NCBI GenBank assembly: GCA_964014485.1
Contig: CAXHAT010000048.1
Location: 1-43,256, forward strand
Origin: an uncultured Deferribacteres bacterium
GTDB taxonomy: Bacteria; Zhuqueibacterota; Zhuqueibacteria; Zhuqueibacterales; Geothermadaptataceae
DNA: 43,256 bases
Direction: 5' to 3'
This document shows positions 1-7,400 of the stretch, one piece after another. A program made the position numbers and the translations under genes. How positions within the stretch are numbered: the first letter of the stretch is position 1; every line of letters starts with the position of its first letter. Below the pieces are notes generated by a model. The model ran no database searches. It worked only from the letters and a program-made list of their open reading frames with translations, and was not told the DNA's origin.

Positions 1-2
1 TG

Positions 3-299
3 AGATACTTCAACCCGGTCGCCGTGCGCAAGTCGCTGGCGAAGTATGAGAAATACAGCTTGATCGATCCCGACACCGGCGAGTGCGAAACCATCACGCA
101 AGAACAGGCGCTTTCACTGGTCGCTCGCGCTGTGACCATCCAGTCGCCCAGTCAAATCGGCAAAGACAGGGGCGAACTGCTCAAGTTCAACTTTCAAAAT
201 GCAACGGCATTACTCGCCAAAGCACAGGAGAGCGTCGCCGCTAAACCATCGAAAGGCCATGATGCACGAGACCATAAAAACTACGATCCAAAACTTTGA
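3..299 (+). CDS. C-terminal fragment of a gene running in from the left edge; probably the Mu-like DDE transposase (by position only)
   Basis: Frame is open from nt 3 (RYFNPVAVRKSLAKYEK...) to TGA at 297-299 and overlaps the ATPase start. No catalytic motif is visible in this fragment. Confidence 0.45.
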   Translation, partial: RYFNPVAVRKSLAKYEKYSLIDPDTGECETITQEQALSLVARAVTIQSPSQIGKDRGELLKFNFQNATALLAKAQESVAAKPSKGHDARDHKNYDPKL

Positions 300-1398
300 A
301 TTATCCCAACGTCAATTGGCCGTCGCTTCCGGCGTGTCGAAATCGACGTTCCACCGCGCCATGCAGGGCAACTGGCCCAAAGACAGCGTTCTCGTCCGTT
401 TCCTACCCGCGCTCCAGCGCGCTTTGCTGCGTTCCGGCGTGCCTGCGAATGTTGTAAGTGACTGTTTTGCAGGCGCGCCTAACCTGAAGCCCGATGAAAT
501 CATTCTACAAGGAGGCCGCACCGTGCTTAACCAAAACATCCTCGACTTTTTCGGTCTTGACAAAGACCCGTTTTTCAACGAACTCTCCAGCGCCGCCGAC
601 GTGTACATGTCGCCGAATCATCGCATTGTTTACACTCAAATGCTTGACGCGGCTGAGAAACAGAAGTTCGTCGGCGTGGTCGCCGAAGTCGGAGCCGGAA
701 AAACCGTACTTAAAAAGATGCTCACGTCGGAATTGCCGGAAAGGGGCGCGTTTGTCGTCTCAGAGCCAATGACGGCGGAGAAGCAAAAATGCACGCCCGG
801 CATTATCGCCGACTCCATTTTGCGCGACGTGATTTATGGAACCGGCTCGCTCTCGCGCCAACGCAAGCTTGAAACGCCCTGCGGCCTTGAGGCTAAGTAC
901 CGTCTACTCCACCAAACGCTTGTCCAGGAGCGCAAGAAAGGCGTGCGCGTCTTGCTCGTCATCGATGAAGCGCACGATTTAGGCAACAATGCGCTCAAAT
1001 GTCTCAAACGCTTACACGAAATGGAAGACGGTTTCACCAAGTGCCTCGGCATTCTGCTGCTTGGTCAAACCGAACTGGAAGGTAATTTGCGCAACTTCGA
1101 CGTTCGCGAAGTCAGCGCGCGCATTCAGCTTGTTCGCTTGCGCCCGATCAAGACGCTCGTGAAGGAATATCTGGCGCTCAAGCTCGATCTCGCGGGCGGC
1201 GATCTTTCGTCTCTATTCGTTCCGGGCGCAATAGAAACTTTTGCGACCTACCTTTCAGCGTCCACGCCGCTTGAAATCAATTGTCTCGCCGCCGCCAGCC
1301 TGCAAACCGCGCACAATCAAGGCTCAACGTCCGTGACTCCCGACATCATTGAACTTGCATTCAAGGATATTGAACGCCGTGTCCACGAAGACTTCTAA
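259..1398 (+). CDS. Transposition AAA+ ATPase (MuB/ExeA-like) with N-terminal XRE-type HTH
   Basis: HTH 'LSQRQLAVASGVSKSTFHR'; Walker A 'AEVGAGKT'; Walker B 'LLVIDEAH'; ExeA-type 'ILLLGQTEL' and arginine-finger region 'EVSARI'. GAAAGG RBS at 251-256 favours ATG 259/262 over 199. Confidence 0.85.
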   Translation: MMHETIKTTIQNFELSQRQLAVASGVSKSTFHRAMQGNWPKDSVLVRFLPALQRALLRSGVPANVVSDCFAGAPNLKPDEIILQGGRTVLNQNILDFFGLDKDPFFNELSSAADVYMSPNHRIVYTQMLDAAEKQKFVGVVAEVGAGKTVLKKMLTSELPERGAFVVSEPMTAEKQKCTPGIIADSILRDVIYGTGSLSRQRKLETPCGLEAKYRLLHQTLVQERKKGVRVLLVIDEAHDLGNNALKCLKRLHEMEDGFTKCLGILLLGQTELEGNLRNFDVREVSARIQLVRLRPIKTLVKEYLALKLDLAGGDLSSLFVPGAIETFATYLSASTPLEINCLAAASLQTAHNQGSTSVTPDIIELAFKDIERRVHEDF

Positions 1399-2035
1399 AA
1401 CCGTCGATCTTGCCAAGCCGGTTCCGGCTATTATCACGCGATTCTACAACGAAAGGCGTTGGCCGGAACTGATCTGGATGATTCGCGAAAATTGGAATTA
1501 TGACGCTTGGCAAGCGCTCAGGAAAAACGAGAAGGCCGTCGAGCGCGTTAAAAAGGTTTTCAGCGAAACGTTTGGCCGTCCGGCGTTTTCGTCCCTCAAC
1601 AACCGCTCGTACTGGATGAAGCAGATCGCCAAGTATGTGGATCGATTGGGCGTGGCTTCGCTCATTGACGACATGCGTGAAGCGAAAAAGAAGAATCCGA
1701 ATATCCAGTCGATTCTATACTTCATTTACAGCGCCGATCATGTTTGCCGCTGGGAGATGCTGCTTTTGAAGCGACTGGAGGCGAAGTATCAGCAGGAGAA
1801 GAAGGAAGAAAACGACACTTACGCTGCGATTGCGCGCGTGCTCGGCGAAGCGGTTGTTAAAAAGGTCGATGAAGCCGTTGCGCCGGAATGGGTTGTCACA
1901 CTGCGCGCCCGGCGCAAGGCGCTCAAGGTTGAGTTAAAAAAGCATAAAACGCATCAGCCGCAATATAAGGAGTTCTTGGCTCAAATCCTGCGCATCGAGC
2001 AGTCGTTGGCGTTTCACGGTTTTGACCTGGAGTAA
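1370..2035 (+). CDS. Hypothetical phage protein (helical, basic)
   Basis: Long ORF coupled to both neighbours; AAGGA precedes TTG at 1370 (ORF track start 1349). No motif recognised. Confidence 0.65.
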   Translation: MNAVSTKTSKTVDLAKPVPAIITRFYNERRWPELIWMIRENWNYDAWQALRKNEKAVERVKKVFSETFGRPAFSSLNNRSYWMKQIAKYVDRLGVASLIDDMREAKKKNPNIQSILYFIYSADHVCRWEMLLLKRLEAKYQQEKKEENDTYAAIARVLGEAVVKKVDEAVAPEWVVTLRARRKALKVELKKHKTHQPQYKEFLAQILRIEQSLAFHGFDLE

Positions 2036-2039
2036 CGTT

Positions 2040-2441
2040 ATGGCAAAAGGCAGATTCGCAAAGCTGTTCGGCGTAGCCAGAGAGTACGGTCTTGAGCTTG
2101 ACGATCTGCGCGAATTGGCGCGACAGTTGACCGGCGAGCCGTCGCTCAAGAGCTTGTCGCCTCGGCAGGAAAAACAAATGTTCGCGATGCTGGCGCAGCA
2201 AAACAAGGGTTTGCGCAAGTACGTCGAGCATCATTTCAAGGATGCGCCGATTTACGGCAATCAGCGCGCTTTTCTGATCGATCTGATCGTGGACGTTTTC
2301 AAGGGCAATATGAAAAACTTTCGCGGCTGGCTCAAGCGCTATCATGGCATCGATCATGAATCGAAGCTTGACGGCGACAACGCGGTCGGCGTGATCAATG
2401 CGCTGAACATCATGCGCGAGCGTAATTACAGTATCAAATGA
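2040..2441 (+). CDS. gemA: GemA/Mu gp16-like regulatory protein (DUF1018)
   Basis: Matches the GemA pattern: 'AKLFGVAREYGLELDDLRELARQLTGEPSLKSLS' and C-terminal 'FRGWLKRYHGIDHESKLDGDNAVGVINALNIMRER'. GGAG RBS at 2029-2032. Confidence 0.75.
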   Translation: MAKGRFAKLFGVAREYGLELDDLRELARQLTGEPSLKSLSPRQEKQMFAMLAQQNKGLRKYVEHHFKDAPIYGNQRAFLIDLIVDVFKGNMKNFRGWLKRYHGIDHESKLDGDNAVGVINALNIMRERNYSIK

Positions 2442-2941
2442 CTTCACAGCTTGACATTTTCGGTTTTAATCGCCCGACGAAGCGCTCGAAAGCCGGGCGG
2501 CTCATCGATGCGCGTCACGCGAAAAGCGTGGTTGGCGAGCGGCGCTACTCCCCGAAGGAAGTGGCGAACGTCCTCGGCTGCTCCGTCGCGCTCGTCAGCC
2601 AGCTTTGCTTGCGCCGCCGCAAAACCCGCGACGACAAGATCGATCCGCGCCACTTCGACGACGTTCGCGCCGAGCGCAAATACAGCGGTGTGGAGTTGGC
2701 CCGCAAATTCAGTTGCAGCTATCAGACGATTTACAAGCTCCGGCAATTGGGCTGCCTGGAGTCTTCCCCGCTTCTCACTTCTTACAGAATCCCCGGTTGG
2801 AGCGTCCGCGATTTCATCGCCGAAAACGCTTCGCCGTCATCCACGGATCACAAACTGCAATTCGTCTCGATCTTTACGTTGATCCGCATCCCCGGCTGGA
2901 GTTTAATCGATTACATCGAAAACAACTGCTCCGAAATTTAA
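2438..2941 (+). CDS. Double helix-turn-helix (HTH_17/excisionase-like) DNA-binding protein with nested domain architecture
   Basis: Two HTH halves ('RRYSPKEVANVLGCSVALVSQL', 'RKYSGVELARKFSCSYQTIYKL') followed by two wing halves ('YRIPGWSVRDFIAEN', 'IRIPGWSLIDYIENN'). ATGA overlap with gemA. Confidence 0.8.
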   Translation: MTSQLDIFGFNRPTKRSKAGRLIDARHAKSVVGERRYSPKEVANVLGCSVALVSQLCLRRRKTRDDKIDPRHFDDVRAERKYSGVELARKFSCSYQTIYKLRQLGCLESSPLLTSYRIPGWSVRDFIAENASPSSTDHKLQFVSIFTLIRIPGWSLIDYIENNCSEI

Positions 2942-2956
2942 CCCGCCAAGAATCAA

Positions 2957-2992
2957 TGTTCATTATATGAACAAATCGTTCATACAGTGAAC
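2957..2992. promoter_or_regulatory. Tandem palindromic operator-like sites GTTCA-N5-TGAAC x2 (20-bp period)
   Basis: GTTCAttataTGAAC at 2958-2972 (extends to TGTTCA..TGAACA, 2957-2973) and GTTCAtacagTGAAC at 2978-2992. Confidence 0.6.
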
Positions 2993-3097
2993 TTTCCGTT
3001 TCGCTCGATCCCCAAAATAGTACAGTTTAATTCGTTAATTCTTGGAATTAGTGTAATCCGTCCCCCATATTAGCGTGATCGTTTTTACGGAGCGCGA

Positions 3098-3169
3098 ATG
3101 GATGAAATTGCGCGGAATATTTTGGCGATACTTTACGAGAGACCGATTCAAACGTCGGGCGGGAAGTAG
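3098..3169 (+). pseudogene. 23-aa ORF stub (MDEIARNILAILYERPIQTSGGK), possibly the truncated next phage gene
   Basis: GGAG RBS at 3089-3092, ATG at 3098, stop TAG at 3167-3169 immediately before the MITE inverted repeat. Confidence 0.3.
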
Positions 3170-3171
3170 GC

Positions 3172-3287
3172 GGCTGTCCCAAAACACAATGTTTTTATGG
3201 CGTCACTCAGCATGTCGTAGGGGTTCAAAATCTTGACCCCCTACATGTGGTATGTCCCTCATTAGGAAACCATTCTTTGGGACAGCC
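3172..3287. mobile_element. 116-bp MITE-like element with 12-bp perfect terminal inverted repeats and an internal GTAG-type REP hairpin
   Basis: GGCTGTCCCAAA (3172-3183) / TTTGGGACAGCC (3276-3287); internal GTAGGGGTTCAA-aatc-TTGACCCCCTAC (3217-3244, one mismatch). Confidence 0.6.
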
Positions 3288-3303
3288 TCTATGTTTTGCG
3301 GAG

Positions 3304-4227
3304 TTAATTCAGAATGTATTTGGAAGGGTCGATAGGCTGGTCGTTGAGCCAGATTTCGTAGTGCAAGTGCGGGCCTGTGGAGCGGCCGGTATTGCCGACT
3401 TCGCCGATTTTCTGAAATCGTTCCACTTTTTGCCCCGGCTTAACGGTGATGTTGCTTAAATGCCCAAAGCGCGTGCGCAAACCGCGACCGTGATCAAGAA
3501 TGATCATCTTGCCCAGCGTCTCGCCTTCGTTATATTTTGAGCGCGTTATCACGACGATGCCGGCGGAAGGCGCTTGAACCGCCTCACCAATTTCCGCCAC
3601 GAAATCAATGCCGTTGTGGTGCTTTTTCTTTTGGATGAACGGGTCTTGCCGATAGCCGAAGGCGCTGGTCATTACCGCGTTTTCAATCGGGGCGACCGAG
3701 GGCGTATGCTTTCTCAGTTTATGATCTCCCGCCAGTCTTGCTTCGATTTCCGCCAGGCTTTCGATCAGCAGTTGCATCTTTTGCTCGAATTTCTGCAACT
3801 GCATCTCCGTCTCTACCGCATTTTTCGCTGTTTCAGGCTCGATTGCCGAAGAAGCGAGGTTAAGCTCGCCGTCTGATCCGCCCTTGCCCATGCCCCAGGT
3901 TTCTTCATCAAGCTTGGGAAGCTCGGTATAAATTCTCAAGACGTCGTCACGACTTTTCATGTAGTCGAGCTGCGACTCAATTTTGGCGGTAGTGCCCGTG
4001 AAGTCGCTCAAAACTTCTTCGAGCGCTTCGTTTTCGCTTTCAAGCTGGGAAATGCGCTCGGATTGTTCCTTTTTGAAAAGGAGCTTTGAGACGCCGCCTA
4101 TCACGCCGCCGCACAAAACCAACGCGAACAAGGTTAGAAAGGAGAGTTTGAACCAGCTTAATTGGAAGCGTCGCTCTCGTTCCTGGCGCGGATTGAAAAA
4201 GACGACTCCGATTTTTTCGTTTCTCAT
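3304..4227 (-). CDS. M23 family metallopeptidase (murein hydrolase) with N-terminal TM and coiled coil
   Basis: HxxxD 'HNGIDF', 'TRFGHLS', HxH 'STGPHLHYEI'; N-terminal hydrophobic helix and coiled coil. GGGGA RBS before ATG 4227. Confidence 0.92.
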   Translation of the reverse strand: MRNEKIGVVFFNPRQERERRFQLSWFKLSFLTLFALVLCGGVIGGVSKLLFKKEQSERISQLESENEALEEVLSDFTGTTAKIESQLDYMKSRDDVLRIYTELPKLDEETWGMGKGGSDGELNLASSAIEPETAKNAVETEMQLQKFEQKMQLLIESLAEIEARLAGDHKLRKHTPSVAPIENAVMTSAFGYRQDPFIQKKKHHNGIDFVAEIGEAVQAPSAGIVVITRSKYNEGETLGKMIILDHGRGLRTRFGHLSNITVKPGQKVERFQKIGEVGNTGRSTGPHLHYEIWLNDQPIDPSKYILN

Positions 4228-4429
4228 AGCGTTCCCCGTATTAATCAAAAACAAGAAGTGACGTCAGGCGTCAAAAAGAATCGAATACTTTACTACGTAT
4301 ATAGCGCAAACTTCAACGAAACTGCAGAAAAAAACATAAGCGCCGAGGCGATATTTTCGATTGCGGCGATCACAAACCGAAAAATTGCCGTGGCGCTTAC
4401 TTCTTTTTGACCAGAAAATTTTACAATCA

Positions 4430-4465
4430 ACCCGCACTTTGTGCAACAGACGAAAAAGTGCGGGT
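4430..4465 (-). terminator. Probable terminator hairpin downstream of the 1981-aa gene
   Basis: ACCCGCACTTT (4430-4440) / AAAGTGCGGGT (4455-4465), 11-bp perfect stem 18 nt after the stop codon; the U-tract is poor. Confidence 0.5.
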
Positions 4466-4482
4466 GCGCATTAGGAGAAAAC

Positions 4483-7400
4483 TTATTTTGCTAAAATAAG
4501 TTTCCTGGTTAAGGCAATCCCGCCAGAAGAAAGTCGGTAGAGATAAATGCCGGTGGCGACGCGCCGACCGTAGTCGTCCGTGGCGTTCCAGATAACTTTG
4601 CGCCTTCCCGCAGCCACGGTTTGGTCGTCGATCAATCTGCTGATGATTTGGCCGTTGGTGTTGTAAATATATAGCCGTACCGGCTCATCCCAGCCGCTCG
4701 GGACGTCGAAGGAAATCGTCGTTTCCGGATTGAACGGATTGGGATAGTTTTGTTCAAGAACGAAAGTTTCAGGCAGCGCTGGATCCGAAGTGATCGATTC
4801 ATCAGCTTCAATGCTTGTCGGCAGGTCTGAATAAACCGCGCCGGTTAATGGGAAGTTGACGATCAACAAATCGGCGTAGCTGCCGGGAGGCCCTTCGCAT
4901 TTCAAATCCACGTGATTTTGCCCTTCGACAAGATATTCACCCCAATGAATCAACTTGCCGCCATAGAGCGGGATGTAGTAATTTTCACCGGGTGTGTCAT
5001 CGCCGGCTTTCGTGGCGTCAAGCACGATTGTGCGACCGTTCAAATCCATCGTGATCTTGTGCAGGCCGTTGTTTTCGACCCGCAGGTACACGTCGTACTC
5101 AGGAAACTCGAGTTCGACCTCGCATTGGTCATCCGGGGAAAGCTTTACGCCGACCGGATCGCAGATGACAGTGCAGCCTGCGCCGTTTGTGATGAGCAAA
5201 TCTAGCGCGGTGCCGCCTTGCCGCCCCGTCCTTTTGCTCACAAATCTGACCTCGCGATCACCCGGCTCCCAAGGCTCGAAAACAAGATTTCGGTTTTTGA
5301 GCTGGATGATTTCAATGTCGAAAATCCCGCTTTCATCATCCCAAAATCTGCCTTTGACAGTCGCGCTGTCGTCGGAATGCTGCGAAAAATCGAGTTCGCA
5401 GAGCACCGGCGTAGGATCGGAGCGAACAACGATTGTGTCCGAAGCCGTGGACGTTCTGCCAAGCGCGTCAGTCACGACGCATTCAGCGATAATTTGATTG
5501 CTTTGCGGCTCCGGCAGAAGATTTCTCACGACAACCTGTATCGTGTCTCCTGAGGCCGCTAGTGTATCACCGTTCAAGACAAGTTGCGAAATGATTGGTT
5601 CAACGGCGGTTGGGTCGACAGAGCTTATCAGGGAGACCAATACCGTGTCGCTGCAGACAAACATGCTGTCGAGGGGAGAAATGATTTCAACGGCGCATTC
5701 AAAATCATCCGGGCGGTTGACAGTGACGCTTTGCGTACAACTCGTTGAGTCGCCAGTCGCGTCAATAATTGTACAATTCGCTTGAATGGGATTGTCGCCG
5801 GAATTGAGTTTGACTTTGGCCGAAAAAACGCCGTTCGCGCCCGGAGTCGCGGGGACGCCGTTAATATCGCAGGTGAAAGCATAGGGCGCTTTCCCTCCGA
5901 AAACATCGACTTGTGCAGTGACCAGAACCGAATCTTCAATGACGCCTGCGCCGTCCTGCGGGCTGGTGATAGTGAGGTTGCAGGATAGCGCGTCAATACG
6001 CTGGACGGTGATTGAATCAACGCAGACGGTCTCACAGCCAATCGCGTCGCTGAAGGTTCCGGAAACCTTGATTTTGTTAAAGCCGAGATCAAGCGCGACA
6101 GGTGCGCGAAATACGCCGTCCGCGCCTCGGTTTGCCGTAACGCCGTTGATCGTTATGAGGGAATCATACGGCGCGACCCCTTCCGATAGGGCGGCGGTGA
6201 CTTCTACAACCAATTCCGATGCTAAAACGCAAAGGCTGTCTTCCGGCGTAATAATCGTCAATTCGCACTGCGGTTCCAGGACTCGAAAAACCGTCAATGT
6301 GTCGGTGCAAATTGCTGTGTCTCCCAGCGAATCAATAAACAGACCGCTGACAATGAATGAGTTTTTGCCAAGAGAAAGCGGAAGCCGTTCCGAGTACCGA
6401 CCGTCGGAGTCAAGCGCTATTGGGACGTCGTTGATGGTCAAAGTCGAGTCAATCGGCGTTATCCCGGAAGAAATTTCGACGCTCCCGCTCACGTCTATTG
6501 AATCCGCTTTTGTGATCAAACTATCTTGCGGCTGATCAATTGTGATGAAACAAATAATGCCGTCTTTTACTATCTGGACGGATGTGCTGCATAGAGCAGT
6601 TTGCTGGTTCGCGTCTTCGAACTCTCCGCGAGCGATCACATCGTTCAGACCGTCTTGCAAAGGAATCACAACGCGAAAAACGCCGTCGGCATGGCGCGTG
6701 GGGACAAGGCCGTTGATCGTTACTGTGGAATCAAAAGGTGCAACGCCGCCAATGATTTTTGCACTGACTTCAACGAAGGCCGAATCTGCGTCGAATCGCT
6801 GACCGTCCGCAGGGCTCAAAATCGTTAATTCGCAATCGATTTTGGGCGCGCAATAAACGTCAACCGCCGTTTCACAGGAAGTGCTTTGGCCGGAAGCGTC
6901 TTCAAAAACGCCAGTTGCAGTGATTGTGTTGTTTTCATCTTGCAACGTAACTTGTGCGACGTAAAGCCCGCGTGCGGCGTCGAAAACAGCGTCAAAGGTT
7001 CCTGTCGGCGTGGTGATTTGGACAACGCCGGTCGTCGGCTGCGAACCGCCGGTCACCTCTGCGCGAACGAGTACTTCGGTTGTTTTACCGGTAATCGTAT
7101 TACCCGCCGTCGGACTTTCGATAACCAGCGCACAATTGAGCGTATCGACGCGAAAAACATGGATCGTATCGGCGCAACTTGTTTGCTGATTTTTGCTGTC
7201 GGTGAAAGCGCCCTCGGCTATAATTTCATTCCAGCCAAAATCCAACGAGACGGTTTGTGAGAAAACGCCGCTCTCAGCTCTCGTCGCAGTGTCGCCGTTG
7301 ATAACGACAAGAGAATCATACGGAGCCACGCCGCCGGTCAGCGTCGCGCTGGCTTCAATGCTGATTTCGTTGGCAAAAATGCTCAGACTGTCTTTCGGCG

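Larger units (their letters stand above)
1..3169 (+). mobile_element. Right-hand part of a Mu-like (transposable) prophage early region, apparently truncated or a remnant; extends beyond the left edge
   Basis: Co-oriented, overlapping genes in Mu-like order: open ORF tail, HTH + AAA+ ATPase (MuB/ExeA-like), hypothetical, GemA, HTH regulator. No structural genes follow, and host-type genes resume at 3304. Confidence 0.75.

Noticed and set aside
199..258. ORF-track starts at 199, 4254, 11623, 17722, 23245 and 30306
   Set aside because: Downstream starts (259/262, 4227, 11680, 17752, 23254, 30225) fit RBS position, signal peptides or gene overlaps better.
1..2941. Tn7-like/CAST element (TnsB-TnsC-TniQ) or T2SS ExeA locus
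   Set aside because: The gene after the ATPase has no TniQ zinc-finger Cys pattern, and there are no cas or T2SS genes. GemA and the N-terminal HTH point to a Mu-like phage.
2958..2992. LexA/SOS box
   Set aside because: The spacing seen (GAAC-N5-GTTC, GTTC-N7-GAAC) matches neither the Gram-positive GAAC-N4-GTTC nor the alphaproteobacterial GTTC-N7-GTTC box.
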